Below, in pieces: positions 29,701 through 43,492 of a stretch of 64,000 bases of DNA. Within the stretch, counting starts at the first letter, position 1. Each line of letters starts with the position of its first letter. A model generated the notes under the pieces. It searched no databases. It worked only from the letters and a program-made list of their open reading frames with translations, and was not told the origin of the DNA. Source of the stretch: Paraspadella gotoi (taxonomy: Eukaryota > Animalia > Chaetognatha); the NCBI GenBank assembly GCA_051294375.1, contig CM119264.1, forward strand, positions 3,970,699 to 4,034,698, written 5' to 3'. The position numbers and the translations under genes were made by a program.

Positions 29701-31499
29701 CAGATTACCGGCTAAGATTTCATATGAGAGGTATTGGAGAGAGAAGATGAACTAGTATAGTAGATAGATATACAGAGTTATAGAGCATATGAGATGAAAG
29801 AATGAGAGAGTGTAGTGACGAGAGATAGTGAGAGTGAGCGAAAGGAGGAAGCAATATAGCAGTGTATAGCGAGAGGGAAGAGACGAAGAGATATTTTAAT
29901 TAGTTGTGAAGATTATTACTTAACGAAATCTCTAAGCAGAATTAACAAAATACATTGTGCTTAATTATATGATAGCGACGATTATCGCGCGCGCATTTAT
30001 ACCAAATCTTTATCTAATTAAGGAGTCAAAGAGTGAGAGAGTGAGAGAGTGATAACTGGTGTTATAGCACGGTGATGTTTAAGTACACTCGGTCGGAAAA
30101 TATACTATAAAATATTTTCTCTCTCTCTTCTTTAATAAGAAAATATATGAGGGGAATAATGTGTCAGGAATATGGATGCAAGATAGAAGATACAAAGGAG
30201 GAACGGATACATCTCTAGTGGTCAAAATTCAGAAGCTTCCGCGATAGAATCTCCTCTCTGAAACGAGTTTGGTAATACCAGCCCTAAACTAAATAGAATG
30301 CCCATATGTCTTAATATGATTAGTTGGCTGAACGAAAATAGCCCTTTAAACATTACAGTTCTAATTAAAATATTAAAGCAAATATAAACAAATAAGACAT
30401 AGACAATAAAAACATACTTTACTCACCATGAATAATTTAAATCAAACTCTACACAAAGATAAATGAATGTACCTCGATATTCAACGCTTCTACGCCCCAT
30501 ACTCTTGTTACTGAAAATTTCAATACAATTAAAATACAATTAGCTATATTTTACAATAAAAAAATATAAATAAAGTAATTTTATTCATACATGTTGACAT
30601 TAAGATTTAATTTGTGTTCATAATGAATACAGAAATATTGCAGAGATTACAAAAATTTGTGATCTTAATCAATAAATAGATAGATAACTAAGAAAAACAG
30701 AAGAAATGTTATAGAGTGTTTACACAGTAAGTCATAAAAAAAAAAAGATAAATCAAACGAAAATCATACAACGTTGAAATATATCAACTCTACATCAATA
30801 AATACGTCAACATATACGATCGCGCTGATCCGAATCTCGTTGGTCGTCTATGCGCCAAACGTGCGACTCCGCGTCGACCGATCCGCTCCATAAAAGAGTT
30901 AATAACGAGAATAGATGGATGAGATTCACGATCGAGCCGCGGACAGGATCAGCTGCAGTACCCGGCGACGTAGAGCTATGCGGCTGCGCGCGCCCAGACG
31001 ATAAGCGCTCAACGGCGATGGTCAGCTCGTGAATTGTATTTTCTGATATTATCAAAGATTTTTTCATCGGATCGAATCTAATGACATTTCTTGTGACATT
31101 TTGAGAAGAAAGGATGAGACTAATTGGGATGTGTAGAGAGGTTGTGAGGAGAAGACACAGACAGCGTGGTTTCACTACTACTAGGTGATAAGTTTTTCTC
31201 TCTCCTTTCTTTTCAGTCTGTGTGTGCTAATTGATCTAATTTTATTTTCATTCCTTGACCTTTGTGTTCTCATTGTTTTCATCGTCTCGTTCTCATCAAT
31301 GTCTATTTCTAGTTCTCTTTATCTTTTTTTTCCTTCTTGGTCTTTTTCTTCATTTTCCTTGACTTTTCTCTACATTCACTCTTGCTCTCGTTCTCTTTTC
31401 TACTAGCATATGAAAAATTGTTACACTTTATTTAAGGTTAGCGCGTTTCTCATTTCTGTGTCTCTCTCTCCTCACTCTCATCCTTCTCATATCTTCCTT

Positions 31500-34400
31500 T
31501 TCCCGGCAGAGATTTCGTACAACTCATGTTCCAACTAATTAGGGCAAAACGTCCTTGTTTATGTCAACGCGTTGCTTCGAATTACATTTCTCTTTCCTAC
31601 CTCTCTGTCCGCCAACTTGCACGAGTGCTAGTCTCATATTGAGAAATTACATCCTCTCTCCGCTGGAACATGTATCGACGCAAAGTTTAGGCCTCAATTA
31701 TCCGTTTTTCACCCGTCGCTCTGTTTTTCCTTCGGTCTCGCTCGCTCGTCTCGTCTCGTTCGTCGCTCCGGTTCCCGTTTTCCCACTTCGACCGGCTATC
31801 GATCCCTCCTGATTTCCATTGTTTCTATTTACATTTCGCCGCCGATCGACTCTCTCTTCCGTCTTCTTCCGGGTCTCCGCTCCATTTCGCTCCCGCGCCT
31901 CCACGTTACAGTAACCGGCCCGAGACACACCTGTGGATAAGAGTAAACGCCACGACGACCGTGACATCGAGTTAGAAGAGCACGGGAATGTCGGTGGGAT
32001 CTCCCCCGGCTTTTTCTCCCCGGTATTTCGTGTGGTATTTACAACTTGTTATTTGAAGGATGAATGGATATTGGATGTCGGCGCAGTTTCGATGCCATTC
32101 CTCGCAAAACGCTGCCCGTCAAGAATCGTGGTCCACCCCGACTCCCGAGCGAAGACAAAATAGATAATAATAATTGAGTATAATAGGAATCTCTGCTCCC
32201 TTTATATTACTTTAAATAATGCGCGGAATGAATTACCCGGGAAAATGACGAAAAGAATCTGGCGACGTTCTTTCCGCTCACGTCTTCGGCCTGTCCTCTC
32301 TTATCTTTCGTTCTCTCATTCGTCGTGTCTCGCTTCTGACTTCCGAGGGCCAACGGGCCTCGCTGGCCGAATGCCGGAACACCCGATTCCGCCACGGACC
32401 GCCAGGGATTAAACCGGTTCCCGAAGTTAGCGTCAACGTCCCCAGGGACAGCGATTGTAGTCTGCGAAAAAAGGCAATGGGAAGCATAGTGGAGCCACAA
32501 GATGAGGGCAAGAGCAGACAGGAGACGAGACAGCTAGGCCCAAGGAGAAATCAACAGGGGAGCTCCGGAAAGTAGGCAGAGGATGTGAAATGAGAACGGA
32601 GAGAACGATTATGAATGGCAGAAGGAGTTTCGGAATCACTGACGGGTGACTTTTGGCGTCTTTACATTTTAACAAGAGGACGCGGGAGTACAGAAGGTGA
32701 AGGATGAGGGCCGCTGCTGGTAAAATCTGAAAGTCTCGGGGGTGTGGTGTGGAGACAAAACAAAGACGTTTTGTAAAAAGCATAAAGATTAAAAGTTTGA
32801 TAGCGGAGGAAAAAGCAAATAAAAAGAAACTTCAATAATAACAAATCATTACATAAAAATCTAAGAAATTTACAAATAACAAAATACCATACATACATAT
32901 GCAGCAACAGCGGTCAGATATTTGAGCGCGGAATTTCTTCGATCTTTTTGTGCCACCTGCGCCATCGCCTTCTTCAATATTTCCTTGGAAGAATGGCGCC
33001 CTAAATGCGTGAGTCACATGTTTCGCGGCGTTCGTCGGTGGCGTCGAATGCTCTTCTCAAGGCGGAATCGAACGTTTCGATCTCAGAATTTGTGCACGTG
33101 GGGTGAAGTGGGGTTGAATTGTTGTTTAATGTTCATAATGATGTTTATAGGTATTACTGTTTAAAGATGATTGAAAACAAAAAAAGTCTGAACTCTGCTG
33201 CTCTCGTCTCTCTCTCTGCTCTCTTCTCTCTCTCTCTCGCTCTGTCTCTCTCTCTCTCTCCGTTCCATCGTCTCTCTCTCTCTCTACAGGCCCGCTATCT
33301 CCCGAAGCCGTCATTTCACGCTCCCTCTCCAAAGTCGTGCGCGTCTCCGTGGCGTCAAGGCAACTGCCGCTTCGGGGAATTTTTTCACCAAATTTCTTTC
33401 TGGCGAAACCAATGGGCGCATGCGGGATACGCTCTTCGTTAGGTTCAGGAGAAGTGCTGCTGCGGCCTGGCCGGTCCGCTGCGTCCGAAGCGGAGTCCTG
33501 CGTCGACGCCGCACTCTCGCGGTTTCATCGCTCGGACCGGCGCCGTTCCGTCCTTCGCTTTCTCCCTTCGGGCGCCCGCGCGTGGACGGACGGTCTGGAA
33601 TTCCTCGGACAGGCGTCCGTGGGCGTGACGATGACGTGGGGCGCGTCGGCCTTTGGCTTCTTCCGTCCTCTTTCCTCGGCCACTTTTCGTCCGGGGGATG
33701 ACGGTGGACAAGATCGGTGGGGAATGATGAAGAACGAGCGCTGGGGACCGATTTCACTCCAAAGTCGCGCCCCTTCTTTTGCGGCTCGAAGACATATAAG
33801 AACATCAAATACCCTCTCTCGTTGCGAGGCGCTGAGGGAGAGATACGAGAAATTTCAGAGACGCAAAGATGGCACAGAAATACGAAGTCGCTGGAGCGGA
33901 GAAGTGGCCGTGCTTGGTGGACAATGGAGCTGCTGGAGGGAAGGAACACGCCCTTCGTTAACGGTGGCTAGGATAGTTATAGGGCCTTGGCAGTTGAAGA
34001 TCGGGGAGGGATAAAAAAAACCAAAAATGATATCCAAAAGAAATTTGATGACGTCGAAAGTGTAAGGGAACTGTATTTTTATCTTACTGTTGTGGTCTCA
34101 TCGAGAAAAACGGCGGCTACAGTTAGAAAAAGAAAATATAGAGTTAACTAGTAGTCAGTCGTACGTCGTTTTTGGGGAACTAATTTCATAAAACCAAACT
34201 CTGATTAACTAAAAGTATTTGACCATTTCCTATTATGGGATCGAATATTTCAAGATAGAAGATCACCATTTATTCTTAAGTGTATAGTTTCTTAAACGGT
34301 TTTATAAATAAAATTCTACAATAGATAACAGGATTTATTGGTTTCAAGGCTCAAAAGACAACGTCGATTTATAACTACCAATAAGCGCTTATAAAATAGA

Positions 34401-34957
34401 CCAATTTCACCCAAAATTAATAATGGAAAAACTCCATAGAAAAAAGATTTCCTAAGATGCTAACACACGTTTTAGGCAAATGGCGATTTTTCTTTCTAGC
34501 CCCGTGGTTTTCAGTGTGTCACATTGTAATTTCAACGTAACTTCTTCATCTAACAATCCAATATAAATAAATTAAAAAAATAACATCGCAAACAAAACAG
34601 GATCGGGAGGTTCGCTTCTCCGCCCGAAAGTCGCCTCTCAGTCTGTGGGACGCATTCGACGTGGGTCCTTATACCGGCATCACGCGTTTAGGACTCGATC
34701 GTAATCCGCTCGCTAGTCAAGCGACTCGCTGGCAAGTCACAATGCTGCATTTGCACGCAAATGATGGGAGGAAGAATGGAGACTTGATTCTCAAGGTTGA
34801 GGAGAGTGCGCAGTTTTTGTATTTTTTTTTTGCTTTTTTGTTATATTGATTAAAGTTCGTTTTGTGCTTTTTTTGCTAATGTCCTAATTTTTATTTCTCT
34901 CTCTCTCTTTCCCCTCTGCTCCTCTCTCTTCCTGCCTCCTCTACCTCTCTCTCCCTC

Positions 34958-34993
<36 letters not shown>

Positions 34994-37285
34994 TCTCTCT
35001 CTGGTCATGTTTCAGCCACAAACATCGATAAAACTAAAACCTAAGGAATAGATTGCAAAACTAAGTACAACGAACAACGCTCAACCCACTCCCCCCTCCC
35101 ACCGCCCCTATCCTCCCGCCCATCGTCCCGGCCAGGGCGAATTCTCCCGCGCCAGCGCCGGTCGGAAAGCAGAGCGAAGCCGCAGGCGCCGTCAGCCGAA
35201 GCGAGAAAGTCGGCGTGGTAAGGTGGAGTGTGGCGGCGACTGTGACGAACTCGTTGGCGGCGACGGTACGCGGCGTCATTGGTCATCGCCGGCCCGTCGA
35301 ACAATTCCTATCCGGGTGGAAAAAGACGGCGTCGATCGAGCGCCGTTTCTGGCGAGGAAGGAGGCGAGAGGAGGAGAGGAAGAGAAAGAAGGAGGAAGAG
35401 GAGGGAGCGGAATGATAAGGGGAACCGGCGAAGTGATGAGTACCGTGATAGAGCGGGACTGTAGTGGAGTGAGAGCGGTGAGTGCGGATGAAGGTAGTTC
35501 AGATTCATGTTCAGGGAGTGATAGAGTGTGGTGGGAACAGCCATGGGATTGTAAAGCTGCTAGAAAACGGCAATGTTCGTTGGATGGCAGTATCTATAAT
35601 GATAGCAAAAAGTTATTTTATTCCTTTTTGGTTGAAAATATCTTTCCCTAAACCATTTTTTCTGATTAAAATGTAATGCAAGGAGGTCGCTGTGATTACC
35701 CATGGGGGCGGGCCTCTTCACTATTGATGTAGAACAAGCAAGCGAATTCTCATTGGATCACTCTTGCAACCTAAACAACGGGAATTTCCTGAGGGATTGA
35801 ACCTGGGAGGCTCGGGAACGAACGTTTCTTAAAGACGAGATAAGTTTAGCCGGGACTCAACTGAACCAATCCTCTAGACGAAACTCCGTACAACTAATCT
35901 TTCTGTTCTTAAAAAAAAAAAAAGTCGGAGACCGGAATTTTGGACGTATGTGAACAAACTGCAGTCGTTTTCAGGACAAATTTTTTGCTTTTGTGGCATT
36001 GTGATGCAAGAACTCTCTTCGAACAATAGCGAACTTAAGAGCAAACGAGACGAAAAAACAAAGAGTTTTTCTTTACCTCCCTTTTTACTTAATGGAGAGC
36101 AACCAGTCATTAATAATCAATGACGGACGGAACGCACACAAACCTAGCACCAACACACTTTGGCCAATGTCAACATGGCGGCGTCGCTGCGTCGCCATGC
36201 AAACGACCTTCGTCACTCTTCCTCTTCCCAACGCAATTTAAATTTTCCCGGCCCAAAATCGGCAACGTAAACAAACTTTATTTCCTTTTTAAAAGCTCAA
36301 CCGAAAAAAAATAATGAGAAGACAAAAGTGCTGGTTAGAGAGTTTACTGTTAATTTGATAAGGGTGAAGGAGGGAGTGGGAGGAAGAGGAGGAGGGAGGA
36401 GAAGGGAAGAGGAGGAAGAAGAGAGGAAGAGCAGGGGAGGCGGAAGAACCTTGAAGGAAATGAGAAAGCAGCCGTATATGCGACATATGCACGATACCCG
36501 ACGGCGTCTACTCGTATACAAATATTCGAGTGGTTGGGACTCACCGAGGATTATAGACGTATGAGCTGTCAGATAGACGAGAGATGCTTACGAATCTCTC
36601 TCTCGTGCAGATACTCTTCTCGGTCTCATCTCTCTCTCCTCTTCTCGTCTCTCTCTCGGTCGTATGTATCTATGATTATCGTGCCAATATTGCATTCAAC
36701 GAGCAGACCAGAACAATATCCCACCACATTCCTCTCTGTTCGGAATTCAATCCCACGTGGCGGTAGACGTCATAGTACTCCGCACCAGTCTACCATGATG
36801 TACGCATCTGTATCCATCGACCTCAGACCTAATATCGCATCTTTTTTAACGTAAGATGATGAAACAATAAACGGACCTGTAGGACATTTGCAGCCTCTCG
36901 AAACTTGAGTGGCGGGAAAATTTCGTGCGATGCAGGAGGCGATCTTGCGACGTCAAGCGTCTGGGAGGAGATGAATAGCAACTCGGAGCGAATGTGAAAT
37001 GCTTTTCAAGGCGCAATAACACAACGTAGCACAATCCCCTTCGATAACGAGGTACAACCAGTTAGCGTAGAAAGATGTAACGGGCAACGATGTTGGAGCG
37101 CTGGTATCAATGCTTTTATCTCTTTGTATAATAAAACGTTTAAGTAATGTCGAAAGAGAGATCATATAAAACTCAAAAATTAAATTAGCATGATAATCAA
37201 AAGAAGAAAAAAAAGAAAACAAAGAGAAGCCAGTTGAAGAGATGACGCATTAGTGAAGAAGCAAAAATGATCATTTCCATTATTT
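31500..37285 (+). repeat. Noisy duplicate of ~17870-22296
   Basis: Colinear throughout, insertion-dominated differences, garbled blocks at ~32500-32610 and ~36510-36890; copy 1 ends at the 25-N gap (22297-22321). Confidence 0.9.
32200..35415 (+). other. Error-rich second copy of the iGluR/IR-like gene, including exons lost in the gaps of copy 1
   Basis: Colinear with 18340-20000 but full of 1-2 nt indels. Shows the exon 3 acceptor (CTACAG| at 33290), a putative exon 4 at 34601-34795 with SQSVG..RRGS.Y (like the S2 'G.a..KGSP' motif) and a putative last exon from 35016 with a weakly hydrophobic M4 candidate. Confidence 0.6.
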
Positions 37286-38516
37286 TATACTTATTTATAT
37301 ACTTGGCTATAATGTCTTTTCAATTCTGGGCAAATCTTTCTTTATTCACTTCCTAAAAACCGTACGGGAATTTTATCTCTTCGCTTCACTTTTTGCGTCG
37401 TCTACTTAGTGCTTATTTTCAATTTTTGATTTATGTCATTTACTAACAGCAAAGTTTATCTTACAATATCTGCATAGGCGGCGGAGTTTGAGCTTGGTGT
37501 TCCTTTCTCTAATACGTGGGAAAGACGATGCAGTCTTGTAAAGTCGGCTCATCCCTCTCCTGACATCTCGTCTCTTCCATCTCATACGCATAAAATCATT
37601 CATCAAATATACAATTTCTCTGCTCTGTCTTCTCTATTCCTGTCATTTTCAATACTCTATACACGCTGAGTGAACCAGTGCTCTTTGTTGTCAACCTTTA
37701 CTCTCCTCTGTTACCTCCTCTCATCGAAGATAATCTCCTCTCTCATCCTCCTCCTCCCTATATACAATAGTTTTCCTCCTTATACACTACATAGGTTGTT
37801 TTTTCAATGATATGACCAATCAGGTGTTCCGATTTAGAACGAGACACCCTCTAAATATTTAAAAAAAAAGGTTCCCTTTCAGGACGACTCGAGGTGTTGA
37901 TATAAATACTTATATATAATAGCCAGAGAAGTTACCAGTTGGTGGAAAATGAAAAACAATAGCAGAGTGATATGGCATCTCTGTCGTGATAGTATCAAAA
38001 AAGATACAGTGTGAGATATTAAGATAGCGAAGATATATTCAGTTGTTAGTAGCGAGTCCCGAAGTTAAGGCTATCAAACGGATAAACAGAGGAGCTAAAA
38101 TACAGCGTATTCAACGTTTTTTTCTTCTTGCTAATCGTAAACTAATCTTTAATTGGTTAATGATTTAATTTTCTATATTATTTTCCATATACTCATTTAA
38201 TATAAAACGCATTCAATTAAACAATGTGGTTATTTTTTAAATTCCCTTTTGTGTCCCCTTTCTCCAGTGTTTTATTCACTTTTATAGTTCCCGGTTGCCA
38301 TTGGTCTCAGATATTACTATACAAATTTGTGACATCACCTTGTCCCTTTGTGCGTAAGGGATCCTGACTCAAATGAATTGACATGTGTGAAAGGATACGT
38401 TATATAACCGACACAGCGAACCAGATAACTATCGTCGTCGTTTGAGATTGTGGAGAGTTTGGTTCGTTTCGTCGTCGTCGTCGTCGTCGTCGCCGTAGTA
38501 GTAGTTGTCGGTTTCC

Positions 38517-38776
38517 CTCATCTAACGATACAGATAGAATCGCTCGTAACGGAACTTCCTGTAAACTTCTCATCTAACGATACAGATAGAATCGCTCGTA
38601 ACGGAACTTCCTGTAAACTTCTCATCTAACGATACAGATAGAATCGCTCGTAACGGAACTTCCTGTAAACTTCTCATCTAACGATACAGATAGAATCGCT
38701 CGTAACGGAACTTCCTGTAAACTTCTCATCTAACGATACAGATAGAATCGCTTGTAACGGAACTTCCTGTAAACTT
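38517..38776. repeat. Minisatellite, 5 x 52 bp, near perfect
   Basis: Unit CTCATCTAACGATACAGATAGAATCGCTCGTAACGGAACTTCCTGTAAACTT; one substitution in the fifth copy; no spacers. Confidence 0.95.
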
Positions 38777-39849
38777 AACGACACGAGAATCAAAAGTTGA
38801 GGAAGCAAGTTTGATTAAACTATGCCCCATCTGACCACAATAATTTAGCTAAACTTACTGTGGATTATATAATATTCTTTTTAATTTATAATAAGATTGC
38901 AAATGAGAAAATCAGTTATTAGTTGTTCCGCGACTACTTGTAGCTTTCCACACCTGGCCCAGACCTTTAAAACAGCTCATGATTTAAATATTAGGAAGAG
39001 ATTAAAAAAAAATTAAAGACATGCTGTCACGAAATGTTACAAACGAAAAAACAAGTTTGAGCAAACAATGTCGGATCTGCCCAAGATCATTAGCGGTATT
39101 TAATTAATTTATTAATTTATTCAAGTTATTGAGGATTTTACCGTAACGCCGTGAGCGAGCTAGTGTTTTCTGACTTGCTTTTCATTTATAGAAATTCGAA
39201 GTATAAAAATTTAGTAATATTTATTGTAGTAGACATAACATGAGCGTGAGACGTGAAGCAAGTAGAAGGGAGACATAATCATAGTCGAAGGGAGACTATT
39301 TCTAAAGATATACAAAAAAAAGAACTTAATAAAAATAGTCAACTTCAAGTTTAACCATAAAATTACAAAATATCATTTTAAATGCTTACCGACTGTCACG
39401 AATCATTGGTAACTTATCCTTATCAATTTTGGACGGGGGTGAAAGATATTTTGTTACCTCGCTTCATTCTTTTTTAGTCATTTGAGTTGACCTTACCTGA
39501 CTTTATCTTTTCACCGTTCTTTCTAGTGGCTTTCTTTCGGCCAAAAACCTCACTTGTTATTCGATCAGAATCGTCTGGAAACGTAGTTTTTACGGATCCA
39601 AGGATTTATTACAAACATTTATTCGACATTTCATTGATTTGCCATGGATTTATCTCTACGAAATTACAAATAATCTACAATTTATTCTACAGTTTTCGAC
39701 ATTTTCTTTACTCTTCGAGATTTAGTAAGAATCTTCGAAATCCTTGCTCCTTGTCAAACCTGTCAAACCTGTTCATCCGATGGCCGACGCCTCGAACGCG
39801 CGACCCCGCAGGCATAGAAAATACAAAAGATTTTCTACAGAGAATTTAA

Positions 39850-40400
39850 GTATGGAATGTGGGAGAGAAGAAAGTTAAATGTTGCATTTAACTTGGTCTT
39901 AAAAATGGGAAAACGTGAGTTTAAAATTACCCCACGACTTCTTTGAATTAGAAAAAAAAATTAGTTGTCGTCCTTGGCACTTTACAAAAATCTTTCTTTT
40001 TAAAATTCTTGCTAATTTTTTTTAATCAAATAATATATAAATATCCAAGCAAAGATTTTTTTAGGCTCACCGTTTTATTGTTATTTAAAAATATCACAAA
40101 CTTAAATTTCTCTGGCAAGGTCTTTTGAGTAGGGAATGTGGGAGAGAGGAAAGTTAAATGTTGCTTTAACTTGTTGTCTTAAAAATAGGAAACGTGAGGT
40201 TAAAATGTGACCCACAACTTCTTTAAATTAGGACAAAAAAAATTATTGGTTGTCCTTGGCAAAGCTGCCACTTTACAAAAATCGTTCTTGAACCCAGGAC
40301 TTCTCTCAATTAGAAAAAATGGGAAAACGTGAGTTTAAAATGACCCCACGATTTCTTTGAATTAGAAAAAAAATTAGTTGTCGTCCTTGGCAAAGCTGCC
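39850..40400. repeat. Local ~280-bp direct repeat with a partial third unit
   Basis: GGAATGTGGGAGAGARGAAAGTTAAATGTTGC at ~39855 and ~40134; AAACGTGAG..GTCCTTGGCA block occurs three times. Confidence 0.8.
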
Positions 40401-40999
40401 TAAAAGTATAAGGATCTCGCCAGGGTTTAGTATAAAAAAAAATTGATAAAAAAATACTATAATCTAATTTGCACATTGCAGTAAATCATAATGAAGTGGA
40501 AATTAAAAAAAAAAACTTGAATCGATATGAAACAAAGAAAATGGATACACATTTTAACTTCCTCACTGCCTCACTAATGGAACTTGATAACTTGATACAT
40601 TGTTTGGTAGTTAAACCAAAAACCGGCAAAAATAGGCAGTAAAAATGATCGACGTATAGCATACAATCTGGCATAATCAAATTGTGAAAAAAATTTAAGG
40701 TTTTTCGATCAACAACATTGGACAGTTTATGAAAAAGATTTTTTCTGGCAATGTAAATCTGTATTAAATATGCTATTTGCTAATTTTATTATTTATTTTT
40801 TTGATAACATTCATGTTTATTCCTATTACAATTATTTTAGACCAGGAACGGATTGCCAGCATTTATACAATAAAACCAAAGTATTTGGTTAATACCAATT
40901 TTCTTCTGAGTAGTTCTGTGTAGTTCTGTAATACTAAAAAGCGCGGAATAAATGGCGATAAGAAAAGTTTTTAGAAGGAAAAAAATAATCATATAATAC

Positions 41000-41138
41000 T
41001 GCGATGATAGTCATTCATTGATGCGATGATAATCATTCATTGAATGATGATAGTCCTTCATTGATCGGATGATAGTCATTCATTGATGCGATGATAGTCA
41101 TTCATTGATACGATGATAGTCATTCATTGACGCGATGA
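41000..41138. repeat. ~22-bp minisatellite, about 6 units
   Basis: Unit GCGATGATAGTCATTCATTGAT. Confidence 0.9.
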
Positions 41139-41289
41139 GTCAATAAGAGAGAGAGCGAGAAAGAGAGAGAGAGAGATAGAAAGAGAGAGAGACAGATACA
41201 GAGAGAGACAGAGAGAGACAGAGAGTGCGACTTCGAAATCGTGAATCTCATTTGACGCCATCGATCAAATAAGTGAGAGAGAGAGAGAG

Positions 41290-41624
41290 AGAGAGATAAT
41301 GAAATATACTTTTATGTTTTTTCCATTTAAACTCATTTCCACTCGGACGATTCCATCGAAACTTCATATCCAGCTCAATCATACATTTCCTTAACCACAG
41401 ACAAAATTTCATTCCAATCCATCCATCCAATCACAAGTAATTGGTGTTTTTGTTAAGGTGGGACGGACGGACGGACGGACGGACATAATTTTTTTTGCAT
41501 AATTTATCATAATTCGATGTTCTGACATGATATAAGTGACTGCCCGACAATATTGAGGAGGCGGACCGAAGGACCGACAAAGTAAATTATAGAGTCGGGA
41601 TCTGCTAATAAGCAGATCCGACTA
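41290..41624 (-). mobile_element. HINE copy A, 5' portion (an isolated 3' end lies at 39051-39100)
   Basis: GTCGGGATCTGCTAATAAGCAGATCCGACTA terminus, (GGAC)n and the shared core. ACAAGTTTGAGCAAACAATGTCGGATCTGCC occurs at 39051, but the link between the two ends is unproven. Confidence 0.65.
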
Positions 41625-41775
41625 AAAAAAAAAGTCCCAGTCAAAACTATAAAAGTAGTTTTTATATGAAAAAGCGTGACGCTGACGGCGACGCCGACGA
41701 CGACGACACAAAGAAGCTCAACCGAAACAAAATCGAGCCAGGACACGAGCCGGTCCTGGCTCGATAATTAATTAT

Positions 41776-42170
41776 TAGGCCGGAACAGGTTGAAAACTAC
41801 AAGTTCTCTCAAATAAATAATGGTTTAGTGACTGTTAGAGAATATGAAAATGAAAATAATTTTTAAAATTTATCTTATTGATAAGCGCACGAAAGCATTT
41901 AAAGATTATTTTATTACTATATAAAGTTTAAAATTATTGTTTAATTTTTCAATTTGTTTAAGAGATTCTGACAGAGCTTTAAAAGATAAAGGTTATTAAT
42001 ACAACTTTTTATAGATGAAAATTTTAAAAAACTATAAAATTCAGCCAATGATGATGATGATGAAGATTTTTTAAGGTTTTTCTTAATTTTAACCAATTTA
42101 TTGTCCAAATTTAAAAAAATTGTAGTACTAACTTTCATTTAACTTTTCAAGCTCTATAGGAATCCGTTCT
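41776..42170. repeat. Dispersed AT-rich repeat, related copy at ~52103-52460
   Basis: Shared CGGAACAGGTT, AGAGCTT..AAAG, ACAACTTTT, AAAACTATAAAATT and TTGTAGTACT motifs in the same order. Confidence 0.6.
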
Positions 42171-42179
42171 TAAAAAAAA

Positions 42180-43460
42180 ACAAGTTTGAGCAAACAATGT
42201 CGCATCTGCCTACAAAAATTAAGCGGTAATCAGCAAATCAGATGATAAATCACAATATTTAAAAAAAAAAATTTAACTCGCATCATTTTTTCAACTTGCA
42301 TCATTTTTTTTCAACATTGCATCATTTTTTCAACTCGCATCATTTTTCCACGCACATAATTTTTTCAACTCACATCATTTTTTTCAATTTACATCATTTT
42401 TACAATTTGCATCATTTTTTTAAATTGCATAATTTTTTCAACTTGCATAATTTTTTCACATTAATTATTTTATTAATTAATTAATTAAACATTTATTAGT
42501 AATCATAAATAATAAAGATTCAAGTAAATGTGACTTATGTTTTTTCTATTTAATAATTTTCCACTGACAAAATTCTGTCAAAACTTTATATCTAGCTTCT
42601 TCACACACTTTCCTACCCGCACAACATTTCATCTCAATCTATCATGGTTAAAATAAGTAAAAAGATTCAAGTAAATGTGACTCATATTTTTTTCATTTAA
42701 ACTCATTTTCCACTCGTACGTTTCCACCAAAACTTTTTATCAAGCTTCGTTAACACACTTTGCTACCCACACACAAAATTTCAACTCAATCTATCACCAT
42801 TAGATTAATTAGAGTATTTATTGGTTAAAAATAAGTAAAAGATTTTAGTAAATGGCGTACTTATGTTTTTTCCATTTAAACTCATATTCAATCACACGAA
42901 TCCATCAAAACTATATATTCAGCTTCATCACACACTTTCCAACCCACACACAAAATTTCATTCCAATCCAACCAGCCAATCACGAGTTATTGGAGCTTTT
43001 TGCTAAGGTGGGACGGATGGACGGATTGATTGACTGATTAATTAATTATTTATTAATTAATTGACTAATTGATTAATTAACTGATTAATTATTTGATTTA
43101 TTAATACATCCTGCATTTATATTTAATATAAAAGGAAAAAGAAAAATAATCAATTAGTGAACCGTTTTTTTTTGGTGTTTTTTTCATTTAAACTCATTTC
43201 CACTCAAACGATTCCATCAAAACTTGATTTCCAGCTCAATCACACACTTTTCTATCCAAATACAAAATTTCAAGTCAATCACCCCATGCACTCATGAGTA
43301 ATTGGTGTTCAAATAGTGAAATATATTTTTTTTGTTTTTTCCATTTAAACTCATTTCCACTGGCACAATTCCGTCAAAACTTTATATCTTGCTTCTTCAC
43401 ACACTTTCCTACCCGCTCACAAAATTTCATCTCAATCTATTATAGGTTTTTTTTTCTCTC

Positions 43461-43492
<32 letters not shown>

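Noticed and set aside
32200-35415. A true pseudogene paralogue of the receptor
   Set aside because: Differences are insertion-dominated with garbled blocks, which fits read error better than mutation; not fully excluded without reads.
38517-38776. CRISPR-like array
   Set aside because: Head-to-tail identical units, no unique spacers, no cas genes, eukaryotic context.
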